DNA of 64,000 nucleotides from Acidimicrobiia bacterium (GCA_041746105.1 JBGTHP010000003.1:78163-142162), one strand, 5' to 3'. Counted from the first letter of the stretch, positions 1 through 9,366 are shown. Notes: generated by a model not told the origin, from the letters alone. Program-made: numbers and translations.

Positions 1-61
1 CGAGTTCTGGACGCCACCTGACCACGGCCGGTGGCGTGTCCAGAAGACCCATGACAAGTTG

Positions 62-652
62 TCAGGTGGGAGGTTTCCAATCGGGGTCACGGCCGACGAA
101 ACCCAACAAGCGGTGTTGCAGGGGCGCTTCCGTGGCAATCGGGATCTCTGCCCCGTAGACCTCGACTCCTGGTCCTAAGGCGCCGGGAGTGCGGTATAGA
201 TCCATCAATTCGGGCGGTGTGTCGTTGGCCTCTTTCCACAAGCCCTCGACATCTTCTGGACGGATGCTGTCGTCCTGTCCGGTCGCTTTTGCCAGGTCCC
301 AGCCGTGAATCGGGAGGTCGGAGCTCACGATTCGATCGACCTGTTCCTCGAAAGTCATTCGGCCGCCCCGGGTCTCTGATTCCAGGGTGGAGATGGTCGC
401 GTCTCCTAGGGCATTCTCGATGTCTGCCCTGGCAGTGCGGAATGCGGTGAGGGGGTCGTCGCCCGTCGGCGTCGGCGCCCGTCCGGTTGTCCTCAACACC
501 ACATGGTGCATGACCACCACGTGGTCGACAACGTCTGACGCAGTCCACTTTTCACAGGGAGAACGATTGCTCCACTGGTCGGAATTGACCCCCTCGACGA
601 GGGCTTGGAATGCTTCGGCGCGACGTTGGTAACGATCGGAGATCGCGGTCAT
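62..652 (-). CDS. TIGR03086 family / DinB-like (maleylpyruvate isomerase N-terminal) metal-binding protein
   Basis: Motifs 'W.NRSPCEKWTASDVVDHV', 'HGWDLAKATGQ' and C-terminal 'RLLGFVGRDP'. Confidence 0.85.
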   Translation of the reverse strand: MTAISDRYQRRAEAFQALVEGVNSDQWSNRSPCEKWTASDVVDHVVVMHHVVLRTTGRAPTPTGDDPLTAFRTARADIENALGDATISTLESETRGGRMTFEEQVDRIVSSDLPIHGWDLAKATGQDDSIRPEDVEGLWKEANDTPPELMDLYRTPGALGPGVEVYGAEIPIATEAPLQHRLLGFVGRDPDWKPPT

Positions 653-679
653 GGCGACCCGGGAAGTCTCTGCCCGCGG

Positions 680-1189
680 CTACGCCGAGGCCACACCTTC
701 GAGGAGGAGCTCGTCGATTTGTCCGACTGCCGAGCGGAGGCCTTCCTCCACACCCATGGCAATGATCTCCTCCATCGCCTCGAGTGACGGAAACGTGCTC
801 TCCATCGTCATACGGGCACCCCCGACGACTGCGTCATCTTCAACGATTGTCACCTTGGCGGTCATGGCGGGCATTTCGAGGTTGGGAGTCCCGTCTTCGT
901 TGGAGAAGCCATCTTCGAATTCGAGATGACGTGGTGGATCGACCATCAAGACCCGCCACCAACCACCGTGCTTGTCCCCTTCTGGTCCTGTCATGAAATA
1001 GCTGACGTGACCCCCGGCCGACAGGTCATGGTCGACAAAGGTTGCCGGATAGGTCGGAGGTCCCCACCAGCGTTCGAGGAGGCGGGGGTTGGCCCACAGT
1101 TCCCAAACCCGATCGATGCCTGCGTCGAAAACCGCGGTGAGGGTCATTTTCAGGTTCTCGGGATCCTTGCGGATGTCGGTAACGGTCAT
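680..1189 (-). CDS. SRPBCC (AHSA1-like START) domain protein
   Basis: 'RVWELWANPRLLERWWGPPTYPATF..HDL..GG' motif; start MTVTD at 1189 has ATGA overlap with the ArsR stop. Confidence 0.9.
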   Translation of the reverse strand: MTVTDIRKDPENLKMTLTAVFDAGIDRVWELWANPRLLERWWGPPTYPATFVDHDLSAGGHVSYFMTGPEGDKHGGWWRVLMVDPPRHLEFEDGFSNEDGTPNLEMPAMTAKVTIVEDDAVVGGARMTMESTFPSLEAMEEIIAMGVEEGLRSAVGQIDELLLEGVASA

Positions 1190-1539
1190 GGTTCTTCTCC
1201 AGGGTCGGATTCGGAGAGAACCTCCCCGAATCGGTCGATGCGGTCGGTCCACAGATTCTCGAGCTGGCGGAGGAGCCGCTGGGCGGTCCGGACGGTGTCG
1301 GTGTTGCTACGCACGAGGTGTTCACGGCCCTGCGTGTGTTTCGTGATGAAGCCGGCCCGCTCCAGAATCGCCACATGCTTCTGAACCGCGGCAAAACTCA
1401 TCGTGTAACACCGAGCCAGGGCCGACACGGAGTAGTCGCGTCGCATGGTGCGCTTGACGATGTCCCTTCGAGTCGCGTCGGCGAGAGCCTTGAAAAGGAG
1501 GGTGGTCTCGTCCTCAGATGCCACAATTCCTACAACCAT
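1186..1539 (-). CDS. ArsR/SmtB family transcriptional regulator
   Basis: 'FKALADATRRDIV...SVSALA...MSFAAVQKHVAILERAGFI'; start uncertain (ATG 1539 or GTG 1524). Confidence 0.9.
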   Translation of the reverse strand: MVVGIVASEDETTLLFKALADATRRDIVKRTMRRDYSVSALARCYTMSFAAVQKHVAILERAGFITKHTQGREHLVRSNTDTVRTAQRLLRQLENLWTDRIDRFGEVLSESDPGEEP

Positions 1540-1548
1540 ATAGTTGTA
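1531..1548. promoter_or_regulatory. Putative ArsR autoregulatory operator TACAAC-CATATA-GTTGTA
   Basis: 6-bp perfect inverted repeat at the arsR start, next to a minus-strand TAACGT -10 element (1548-1553). Confidence 0.65.
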
Positions 1549-1631
1549 CGTTAGCCGCTCTCTTTTGCCCGCGCATTCCGAGTAGGTCTTTTTTGTTTTC
1601 AACCGATTCGGGGCGAGCCGGTCGGTTCGGC

Positions 1632-2075
1632 TCAGAAGAATTGGTCGATCAGTAAGGCGTTGCCGTCGGGGTCGACGAGGGTGATGGAGGCAGGTCCCGA
1701 GGTGGACTCGTCGACTTCTGGGTCGATGGGCAGACCCTGGGCCTTGACGTGTTTCTGAATATCCCGCACATCGGTATAGGACTCGATTCGTTCCATCCGG
1801 TTGGTGAGTCCTGGATTGAACGTGAGGATGTTTCCCTCGAACATGCCGTGAAACAGCCCGATCGTCGTCTCGCCGTTCTTGAGAATCAGATAGTTGTGGG
1901 CGACGTCACCGCCACTGACCTCGAAGCCGAGCTTCTCGTAGAAAGAGCGCGACGAAGCGAGGTCGGTGACCGATAGCGAAACCGAAAACGCACCAAGCTC
2001 CAGTCTTCCTGGTAGCGACTGGTCTGCTGAAGGGACCATCGGAAGCTGATCAAATGGGTTTTCTGTGTCGGTCAT
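1632..2075 (-). CDS. VOC/glyoxalase family protein
   Basis: '[25 protein letters not shown]' and '[20 protein letters not shown]'; start MTDTE after GGAAGG. Confidence 0.9.
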   Translation of the reverse strand: MTDTENPFDQLPMVPSADQSLPGRLELGAFSVSLSVTDLASSRSFYEKLGFEVSGGDVAHNYLILKNGETTIGLFHGMFEGNILTFNPGLTNRMERIESYTDVRDIQKHVKAQGLPIDPEVDESTSGPASITLVDPDGNALLIDQFF

Positions 2076-2253
2076 GGGTTCCTTCCCACCTAGGATTAGG
2101 TGACTCATTCCATCAATCCGTCTGTGTTCTTGTCAACCTGGTCGGGTACACCGAGGCCACCGGTCGTTGTTGGTTTGGAACGGATGCCGGACACAAAGTA
2201 GTGAGAGCCGGTGCTCGTACTGGGCGACGGCGCGACAAGATCGGAGATGTGTT

Positions 2254-2691
2254 GTGAAGCGTGCTCCTCTGCTGGTGATGGTCTTGATGCTCGGCGTGCT
2301 CGCGGCGGCGCCGGCGCTGGCGGCCGTGGCTCCCTCGTCGCCGTTCGAGGGGAATTGGGTCGGTCAGGACCCTGCCCCGCCTGACGGGGATGGCAGCACC
2401 TTGCACCTCGCGATCGAAGGCACGCGAAGGGTGAGAATCGGATATGTCGACGACTTCGGAAGCGTGTGTGTCAACGCCGGGTCGGAAGACACGGTGTTCA
2501 ACTCGAAGCTGACGGGCACAATTCACGGCGATTCATTGAATGCCAGGTTCCGGAGCGCGAGGTGTGGATCGGTGGTCATTCGGTTCCTCATCGGCGAGTC
2601 GTACACGCTGGAATATGACGACCACGGGACCGCAGATTTGTCCGATGACACACTCTGGGATGGCTCCGTCGTGTGGCACCGCGACAATTGA
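2254..2691 (+). CDS. Secreted hypothetical protein
   Basis: GTG start after GGAG; signal peptide 'VKRAPLLVMVLMLGVLAAAPALA'; beta-rich body with a Cys pair. Confidence 0.7.
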   Translation: MKRAPLLVMVLMLGVLAAAPALAAVAPSSPFEGNWVGQDPAPPDGDGSTLHLAIEGTRRVRIGYVDDFGSVCVNAGSEDTVFNSKLTGTIHGDSLNARFRSARCGSVVIRFLIGESYTLEYDDHGTADLSDDTLWDGSVVWHRDN

Positions 2692-2816
2692 CGGATCCCG
2701 CGTGAACGACGGTGCCGCCACGGATGGCGGCACGGGTCTGGTCCTGGTGATCCGCGCACCCCGCTGACCGAGTGGAGCGTCTCAACGCCGAATGTTGTCG
2801 AACGACCAGGCGTTGG

Positions 2817-3989
2817 TCAGGACGGGGGAAGGTCGCCGTCGATCAGGACCCAATTGGTCGCCTCGAAACCGTTGAATTTGGTGCTCATTGCGTTCGAATA
2901 GGCCCCGGTCATGCCGAACTCGATGTAGTCGCCAACTTCGACATCGCTGGGTAGGTCGAGACGAAGCGGGAGTACGTCCAGCGTGTCGCAGGTGGGACCG
3001 GCCACTCCAAAAGATCTGGAATCGAGATTTGTCACCCCGTCGACCCGGAGAAGCCGGTACGGGTAATGCACCATGTCCTTGGAGATGTCGGGTTCCTTCA
3101 AGCTCCCGTAGATGCCGTCGTTGAGGAATACGACGTCGTCTTTGATGAGTATCACCTGGGTGAGCAGAGATTGCCCCTCCGCCACCAGGGCGCGCCCCGG
3201 TTCGCAGATCAGCTGAGTATTGGTCAGTCCGATCGACTCCGCGGCCTCGGCGATCGCTTCAAAAAAAGCTTTGGGCGATGGGATGGAGAGGTTCGGATAG
3301 GGGCTGGGAAAACCTCCACCAACATCGAGGGAACTCACCGTCACCCCGGATAGGTCGAGCACTCGGCCGGCGGCGGTGATCGCTCTGCGATAGGCGTCTG
3401 GGTTGAGGCACAGCGACCCGACATTGAATGACAATCCAACGTTCGCCCTCGAGGCGGCTGCGGTGGACAACATCTCGATCGTGCCGGCTTCGTCTGCTCC
3501 AAACTTGCTCGACAATTCGTAAACCGAGTCGGGGTCCATCGCCTTCATTCTGATGTGGATCGTGGTCTCTTCGTCGGCGAAACGAAGCAGGCGCGCCAAC
3601 TCGCTTTCGTGGTCGGCTACGAAGTGTCTGACCCCGTGGTCCTCGAATGCCGATTCCGCCGAACCGATCAGTTTGCTCGGAGCCATGTAGTAACACTCGG
3701 CCTCGGGAAGTAAGGCCCGAACGAGGGTTATCTCGGCGAGAGATGCGGTGTCGAAACTGCGGACCCCGGCCTCCCACAGCTCTGACAGTACGACCGGTTC
3801 TGGGTTGGCCTTTACCGCGTATAGGACCTTGCCAGGGAACCCATCGACAAACGCTCTAGCGGTCATCCTGAGCACGTCTGGATACAGGCAATGAAACGCC
3901 ACCGACGGCCTGGTGTGCGTTGCGAAACTGCGGGAGGAGAAGAACCGTTCGATGGTCGACACGCTAGTTGGGTCTGGTGAATGGCCCAT
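2817..3989 (-). CDS. Type III PLP-dependent ornithine/lysine decarboxylase
   Basis: 'YAVKANP' PLP lysine, 'SKFGA', 'LDVGGGF', 'EPGR', 'GPTCD', 'GAYS'. Confidence 0.92.
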   Translation of the reverse strand: MGHSPDPTSVSTIERFFSSRSFATHTRPSVAFHCLYPDVLRMTARAFVDGFPGKVLYAVKANPEPVVLSELWEAGVRSFDTASLAEITLVRALLPEAECYYMAPSKLIGSAESAFEDHGVRHFVADHESELARLLRFADEETTIHIRMKAMDPDSVYELSSKFGADEAGTIEMLSTAAASRANVGLSFNVGSLCLNPDAYRRAITAAGRVLDLSGVTVSSLDVGGGFPSPYPNLSIPSPKAFFEAIAEAAESIGLTNTQLICEPGRALVAEGQSLLTQVILIKDDVVFLNDGIYGSLKEPDISKDMVHYPYRLLRVDGVTNLDSRSFGVAGPTCDTLDVLPLRLDLPSDVEVGDYIEFGMTGAYSNAMSTKFNGFEATNWVLIDGDLPPS

Positions 3990-4033
3990 TGCGAATCGGC
4001 CGGCGACTTGTGTTCTGGTGTAGCGTCAATGGG

Positions 4034-4423
4034 GTGCCGATCGGTCTCGACCACTCCATTCTCGACGTAAAAGACCTAACCGAGTCTGTGGCGTTTTACA
4101 GCAATGTCGTTGGGCTGGAGTCTCGCGGTCGGAGCAGCGGATTCGAGGTGATGCTGATCACGCCTGATCTGGCTCTTGATCTCTCGGAGGAACCGAATCC
4201 CACATCGAGGCACCTCGCGTTCTGCATGGATCGAACGACTTTCGAAGCGACATTCACCCGCATCCGAAACAGCGGGACTAGATACGGTGACGGCCCGTCA
4301 CGGGCGACCAATATGCGTGGGCCCGGACGATCGAGTGGAGTCCACGGGGCCACCGACTCGGTTTATTTCATCGATCCGAACGGTCACATTCTCGAAATCC
4401 TCACATACGACCCGGCGGAGTGA
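4034..4423 (+). CDS. VOC/glyoxalase family protein
   Basis: 'LDHSIL.VKDL..SVAFY', 'HLAF', 'SVYFIDPNGHILEI'; TAGCGT -10 element 7 nt before the GTG. Confidence 0.88.
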   Translation: MPIGLDHSILDVKDLTESVAFYSNVVGLESRGRSSGFEVMLITPDLALDLSEEPNPTSRHLAFCMDRTTFEATFTRIRNSGTRYGDGPSRATNMRGPGRSSGVHGATDSVYFIDPNGHILEILTYDPAE

Positions 4424-4435
4424 TCGCGCCGATCG

Positions 4436-4795
4436 TCATTCGTGATCGAGTCGCATCCGGGTCAGCTCGATGATCAGACGCTCGATCAATTCGTAAGGCA
4501 TGGTCTGGTTGTACGGAAACCTCAGCGTGTCTTTGGCGGACCGGTAGGGCGAGATCTGATCCTCGAGGTCCCCGGCCAGTGTCGGGATCGGATATAGCCC
4601 GATGTGTTTTTTCCACGCCCCCAAGTAAACGATATAGACGCCGTCGACCGAGAACGTAGGCATCTGGTAGCGGATCGTCTCCACCACATCAGGGGCGACA
4701 GAAGAAATGATGCGTCGAAAGCGGTTTACCACTTCCTGGACCTCGTCGGGCAAGGAACCCACATAGTCATCAACGGTGTCTGGGCTGTCAGGCAT
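4436..4795 (-). CDS. DUF1801 / YdhG-like protein
   Basis: 'TVDDYV..LP', 'E.IRYQMPTF', 'KKHIGLYP', 'TLRFPY..MPYELIERLI'. Confidence 0.88.
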   Translation of the reverse strand: MPDSPDTVDDYVGSLPDEVQEVVNRFRRIISSVAPDVVETIRYQMPTFSVDGVYIVYLGAWKKHIGLYPIPTLAGDLEDQISPYRSAKDTLRFPYNQTMPYELIERLIIELTRMRLDHE

Positions 4796-4817
4796 TCGAT
4801 CGAGCCCGCAGGTTCAT

Positions 4818-5300
4818 CTAGGCGCCCGCCAGCACATCGTCGAGGCGTTCGTACCCTTCACGCACGCCCGTTTCCATACCGGTCGCCACGAACGCGTCCC
4901 GGTCCTCGAAGCTGTCGACGAGAGATGTGCCTGTAAGTCTCGTGTGGCCGGCCCCTATCCGCTCGAATCTCATCTTCTCGAGGGCCACGCCATCGGGGAC
5001 CCCCTCGAAGGTGAACGTTTGGACGATCAGTTGGTTCGGTCGAATCTCGTGGTAGGTGCCGTTGAACCAAGCCTCAAAATCGCCTCCCCGGGCGAGCTTG
5101 TATCGGTATGACCCACCGCTGCGGCAATCGAAGTAGTCGATGGACATCGTCGTGTCCCGAGGACCGTTCCATCGCACCAGCAATTCGGGGTCTGTGTGCG
5201 CCTGAAAGACCCGCTCGGGCTCCGCCCCAAAGTCTCGGATGATCCTGACCAACGGAACTTTGGGGTCGATGATGATCTCGGTTTCGAACTTGTTGCTCAT
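4818..5300 (-). CDS. SRPBCC (AHSA1-like) domain protein
   Basis: 'RVFQAHTDPELLVRWNGP', 'QTFTFEG', 'GMETGVREGYERLD'. Confidence 0.92.
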   Translation of the reverse strand: MSNKFETEIIIDPKVPLVRIIRDFGAEPERVFQAHTDPELLVRWNGPRDTTMSIDYFDCRSGGSYRYKLARGGDFEAWFNGTYHEIRPNQLIVQTFTFEGVPDGVALEKMRFERIGAGHTRLTGTSLVDSFEDRDAFVATGMETGVREGYERLDDVLAGA

Positions 5301-5662
5301 TCTGGTTCTCTGGGCTCGGTCTGGGCGTCTTGATTCTGGTCTTCGCTGCGGTCACGGAGCAGGTCGTCGAGGCGGGAGTAACGCTCCTCGGCTTGGCGCC
5401 GGTATCGCTCGATCCATTTGGTCATCAATTCGAAAACCTCCGCCTCCAGGTGGGCGGGCCGGCGCTGGGCATCTCGGGTTCTGCTGACGAGTCCAGCGCT
5501 CTCCAATACCTTGAGATGTTTGGCCACAGCCTGGACGGTCACGTTGTAGGGTTCGGCGAGATCAACGAGGGTTGCGTCACCTTCGGCCAGACGGGCGACG
5601 ATGTCCCGTCTCGTCGGATCGGCGAGAGCCGAGAAGGCTTGCGACAGTGCGTCTTGGGCCAA
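5297..5662 (-). CDS. ArsR/SmtB family transcriptional regulator
   Basis: 'FSALADPTRRDIVARL..GDAT..DLAEPY.VTVQAVAKHLKVLESAGLVSR'; 4-nt overlap with the SRPBCC gene. Confidence 0.92.
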   Translation of the reverse strand: MAQDALSQAFSALADPTRRDIVARLAEGDATLVDLAEPYNVTVQAVAKHLKVLESAGLVSRTRDAQRRPAHLEAEVFELMTKWIERYRRQAEERYSRLDDLLRDRSEDQNQDAQTEPREPE

Positions 5663-5681
5663 GTTGTCCTCCGATCTATTA

Positions 5682-5737
5682 AACCGATTGGTTGACTAAC
5701 TCTTCCACGTTCCAACACTGTTGTCAACCGATAGGTT
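5682..5737. promoter_or_regulatory. Pair of putative ArsR operators AACCGATTGGTT (5682-5693) and AACCGATAGGTT (5726-5737)
   Basis: Two AACC-N4-GGTT palindromes 44 bp apart, directly upstream of arsR. Confidence 0.65.
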
Positions 5738-6171
5738 CAATTCGATTCGGAATCCCTGGCGTTGGCCCTGGCGTGATCGAGTATCTGTTTTTGGACGTCC
5801 GCAGCGTTGAACCAGGCGTTTTCATACGAAATGAGTCCGTCTCGCAACTCGAAGATGTGGAGCATCCGGACTTTGACCGGTGCGCCGCCACCGGGCATCC
5901 CGGCCCACTCGCCGTGGACGTGACCTGTCAGGATCGACTCGTCGACAACAAATCTGCCCTCCTCACCGGTGAACCTCTTCACCGTTTCAAGGACAACATC
6001 AGGGATTGCATCGAGGATCGACGAATAGACGGCGCCAACTTCATCCTTGCCGTGGAAAGGGGCATTGGGGTGGGTGACGTCATCCCAGACGATGTCATCG
6101 GTATACGTGTCGAGGGTGGCCTGGACGTCGTGTGCATTCTCTGCCGCGAAGTGGGCGTCGATAATGTCCAT
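5737..6171 (-). CDS. SnoaL-like / ester cyclase (NTF2 fold)
   Basis: 'HFAAENAHDVQATLDTY', 'GHVHGEWAGMPGGG..VKVRMLHIFELRDGLISYE'; AAGGAGG RBS. Confidence 0.88.
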   Translation of the reverse strand: MDIIDAHFAAENAHDVQATLDTYTDDIVWDDVTHPNAPFHGKDEVGAVYSSILDAIPDVVLETVKRFTGEEGRFVVDESILTGHVHGEWAGMPGGGAPVKVRMLHIFELRDGLISYENAWFNAADVQKQILDHARANARDSESN

Positions 6172-6357
6172 GGAAGGCCCTCCTTGTCCGGCCGAGGCGG
6201 TGTTGTGCTCTCCTGATCGAGCGCAATGATGAGGGTAACGACGGGACCCGCTTGGACACCGCCGGGGCGGGTTTTCCGAAAACTGTCGGCCGGGCGACAA
6301 TTGAGGGAAGTCGACCGTCTAGATCTGGTTGGTCTGAGGTATACCTGAGAGGAAACC

Positions 6358-6768
6358 GTGATCGATACCATCCGCCAAATATTCGACTCCATCCGCGACT
6401 ACCCGGACATCCCCCTGTTACTGGCCCGTCTAGTGGTCGGTTTTAGCTTCGCGGTTGCAGTCAAGAACAAACTGAAAGACGTCCCGGCATTCGCCAAACA
6501 CAATGGGCTCAGCGTCCCGGTGGCATGGGGGCTGACTTTCGCCGAGGCTGCAGGCGCGATCGGCCTGGTGTTTGGCATCCTCACCCAACTGGCCGCACTG
6601 GTGATCATGGGCAGCATGGCCGGCTCGATCAGCTTTCACGTCTTCAAGTGGAAGAGCAAGTATTGGGCTGCCAGTGGTGGATGGGAGTATGACCTCATGA
6701 TCTTCACCATCGCCTCATTGATCCTGGTGACGGGTGGGGGAGCAATCGCCATCTATCCAGCGCCCTGA
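6358..6768 (+). CDS. DoxX family membrane protein
   Basis: 'LLARLVVG', 'E..GAIGLVFGILTQLAAL', 'GGWEYDL'. Confidence 0.88.
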   Translation: MIDTIRQIFDSIRDYPDIPLLLARLVVGFSFAVAVKNKLKDVPAFAKHNGLSVPVAWGLTFAEAAGAIGLVFGILTQLAALVIMGSMAGSISFHVFKWKSKYWAASGGWEYDLMIFTIASLILVTGGGAIAIYPAP

Positions 6769-7130
6769 TCGGTGCTCAGGTCGGTAGGCCGTTTCGACTT
6801 GGGGAGTTTGGCGACGATCGTGGTGTAGGAGTCGTCGACTGCCGCCTTGATCTCGTCGTCTGAGATCGAGTTGTTCAGTCTCAGTGTGTTCCATCCAGAG
6901 CGCCCGATGTATGCCATGACCGCGGCGTCCTCAGGAAAGCGGAGCAGCCACTCGTCGGCCTCGTCCCGCGACGATCCGCACTTCAAACCAACTGACGCTC
7001 CGTCGCCCAGGAACGCAAAGATTTTGTCGCCCACTTTGGTGACGATGTCGCCATCCCATGGTTCGTCTTCCCACGCTCCGGGTTTGGACAGGCAATATTC
7101 GAGCAACTGGTCTGGCCTCACAGCGTCCAA
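6753..7130 (-). CDS. MmcQ/YjbR family DNA-binding protein
   Basis: 'YCLSKPGAWEDEPW....KVGDKIFAF', 'YIGRSGWNT', 'VDDSY..IVAKLPK'. Confidence 0.9.
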   Translation of the reverse strand: MDAVRPDQLLEYCLSKPGAWEDEPWDGDIVTKVGDKIFAFLGDGASVGLKCGSSRDEADEWLLRFPEDAAVMAYIGRSGWNTLRLNNSISDDEIKAAVDDSYTTIVAKLPKSKRPTDLSTDQGAG

Positions 7131-7132
7131 CT

Positions 7133-7861
7133 CTATAACAGGAGCCTCGGTGGCTCCCGGTCGGAAGCCAGAACGCCGACCAGCGCAGAAATCTGGTCGT
7201 GGGACTGGATTTCATGGGTGACTCCCGTAGAACCATCCCTTTGGTATCGATGCGGGTTGTACCAACAGGTCGCGATCCCGTAGTCAGAACCACCCCTGAT
7301 GTCGGAGGTGAGACTGTCACCGACCATGAGCGCAGCCCGCTTTTCTGGATGGCCGAGGCGATCGAACGCGACGTCGAATATCGCCTGGCCGGGTTTGGAT
7401 GCACCGACCTCGGCGGAGATCACGATTGTCTCGAATAGGTCGGCAATCTGGAGCCGATTGATTCTCGTTCGTTGGATCGCACTGATGGCGTTGGTGACGA
7501 GGGCAAGCCGCGCCTGTGATGCGAGGTGCTCGAGGACCGGGCGAGTGCCAGGGTAGAGATCGCCGTTGGCACCCAACCTGTCCGCGTAGGTGTCGGCCAT
7601 CGCCGAAGGGTCGGCTCCGATGCCGACAATCTGTATGAGCTGGTCGAACCGCTCCGTTCTGACCTGATCCGCCGTCAATTCGCCGCTCTCCACCCGGTCC
7701 CACAGTTTGCGGTTGATCCGCTGATAGGTGGTGAAATGGGCTGCCGGTTCGGTCAGACCGAACTCGAGCATCGTCTGCTCATAGGCCAGAGCCTCGGACA
7801 TGTCGGAGTCGAAGAGGGTGTGGTCGAAGTCGAACAGCAGGACCGAATACGGGGCCGTCAC
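7133..7861 (-). CDS. yjjG: YjjG-family HAD pyrimidine 5'-nucleotidase
   Basis: 'FDFDHTLFD', 'YQRINRKLW', 'VGASKP', 'MVGDSLTSDIRGG...GIATCWYNP'. Confidence 0.85.
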   Translation of the reverse strand: MTAPYSVLLFDFDHTLFDSDMSEALAYEQTMLEFGLTEPAAHFTTYQRINRKLWDRVESGELTADQVRTERFDQLIQIVGIGADPSAMADTYADRLGANGDLYPGTRPVLEHLASQARLALVTNAISAIQRTRINRLQIADLFETIVISAEVGASKPGQAIFDVAFDRLGHPEKRAALMVGDSLTSDIRGGSDYGIATCWYNPHRYQRDGSTGVTHEIQSHDQISALVGVLASDREPPRLLL

Positions 7862-7939
7862 GATCAGTCGACGACCTGGTAGATCGAAAGCGCTTTTACC
7901 TCCATCCGGTGCCCCAGACGCCAGTTTCAGATCTCGAAA

Positions 7940-8353
7940 TCATGGGGTCCATCCGACTTCCTGCAGCACCCAGCTGTTCCCGTCGGGGTCGGCGAAGTCG
8001 GCGAAGGAGGTGTAGTCGCGATGTTCTGGATCTGTCCCCGGCGTCCAGCCGCCGGCTCCCATGTGGCGTACCTCGCTCACCGTAACCCCTCGCCCTACCA
8101 GTTCCGAGCGGGCCAGATCGATGTCTGACACGACGAGGTGGATGCCTCGGGTTGAACCGGGTTCGGCATCCGTGATTCCGGTCCCGACGCTGATCGAACA
8201 GGCCGATCCGGGCGGGGTCATCTGCACGACTCTGAACTCGTCGCCGGCACGGTGGTCGACGTCGAGTCTGAACCCGGCCTTTTCGGTGTAGAACCTCTTC
8301 GCCCGATCCACGTCGGCCACCGGGATCAGGACGAGTCCGAGTTTGTAATCCAT
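7940..8353 (-). CDS. VOC/glyoxalase family protein
   Basis: 'IPVADVDRAKRFY', 'RVVQMTPPGSACSI', 'FADPDGNSWVLQE'. Confidence 0.92.
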   Translation of the reverse strand: MDYKLGLVLIPVADVDRAKRFYTEKAGFRLDVDHRAGDEFRVVQMTPPGSACSISVGTGITDAEPGSTRGIHLVVSDIDLARSELVGRGVTVSEVRHMGAGGWTPGTDPEHRDYTSFADFADPDGNSWVLQEVGWTP

Positions 8354-8549
8354 GTGCTGCTCCTGGGCCGAGTGTCGGTCCGAACATAGTCTCGACCGAA
8401 AGGCCGCAAGCGGCGCGTGTGGTCTCGAACCCTGGGTGGGGGACCTCATGGGTTTTTGTTCAGTGTTCGTTCAGGTCGGTTTCGTAGCTTCTCCTGGGAC
8501 AGACCGGCCGGTGGCAGCAGGCCCGCGAGGCCCTACCAAGGAGCGACAC

Positions 8550-9257
8550 ATGATGAAGCGAATTCTGATAGCGATGGTGGGCGTGACGATCATCGGGTTG
8601 ACATTGACCGCAGCGATGTCTCGCGAGCCTGCGGTTGAGTTCAAACGTGCGCAAATGAGAGTGGAGATCAACGCCACGGACGGCGATGCCGGCGTCCAGA
8701 TCGACCTCGATCACGAGCCCTGGCGATCCGTCACCGTACGCAACCCGCAAGGTGAGAAGATCCTCGACGTGGCCAACCGAGGCGTCCTCAAAGATTATGG
8801 ATTGACCGAGTTGTTCTCCGAGTCGAGCGAGCCCCCGTTCACCGAGTTTCCCCTCGCGGAGTTCTTGAAGCTCTTCCCCGAAGGTGATTACTTGTTCGAG
8901 GGAACCACAATCGACGGGCAACGGATGAAGAGCGCCGTGACCTTGACTCACAAATTCCCGAACGGTCCTGTGATCGTCTCGCCTAGCGACGACTCCACGG
9001 TCCGGCCGCGGAATCTCGTTGTGGGCTGGGAGCCGGTGACAACATCGGGAGGTGTCGATGTTGTGGCCTATCAGGTGCTCGTCATTTCGGAGGAGGACCC
9101 GACCAAGGTGTTTTCGGCCCATGTCCCTTCCACGGTTACGAGCGTGAGTGTGCCGGCCGAGTTCTTGGCCGTTTTGGGACCCTACAAGGCAGAGGTTCTT
9201 GCGATCGAAGTTGGCGGCAACCAGACCTTGAGCGAGGTCGCCTTCTCGGTTGGTTAG
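8550..9257 (+). CDS. Secreted hypothetical protein with C-terminal fibronectin type III-like domain
   Basis: AAGGAG RBS; signal peptide; C-terminal 'LVVGWEPVT...VVAYQVLV...YKAEVLAIEVGGNQT'. Confidence 0.75.
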   Translation: MMKRILIAMVGVTIIGLTLTAAMSREPAVEFKRAQMRVEINATDGDAGVQIDLDHEPWRSVTVRNPQGEKILDVANRGVLKDYGLTELFSESSEPPFTEFPLAEFLKLFPEGDYLFEGTTIDGQRMKSAVTLTHKFPNGPVIVSPSDDSTVRPRNLVVGWEPVTTSGGVDVVAYQVLVISEEDPTKVFSAHVPSTVTSVSVPAEFLAVLGPYKAEVLAIEVGGNQTLSEVAFSVG

Positions 9258-9278
9258 AACCAAACCACCAGAAAACGA

Positions 9279-9306
9279 TGAGCCCGGGGTTCTCTCCTCG
9301 GGCTCA
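9279..9306. terminator. Stem-loop TGAGCCCGGGG / CCTCGGGCTCA
   Basis: 11-bp stem with one G-U pair just after the 9257 stop; no U-tract on the + strand. Confidence 0.5.
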
Positions 9307-9344
9307 GTCGCGTCGACGGGACCGACGAGGTGCCCGATGTAGGA

Positions 9345-9364
9345 GTTTCAGTATATACTGAAAC
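9345..9364. promoter_or_regulatory. Perfect 20-bp palindrome GTTTCAGTATATACTGAAAC, putative operator of the downstream regulator
   Basis: Exact palindrome containing a TATACT -10 element (9354-9359) 7 nt before the ATG at 9367. Confidence 0.8.
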
Positions 9365-9366
9365 AT

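Noticed and set aside
6245-6300. SAM-IV riboswitch-like words (CCCGGCCGAC...AACCC) on the minus strand
   Set aside because: Flanking conserved core elements are missing and the downstream gene is not in sulfur or SAM metabolism
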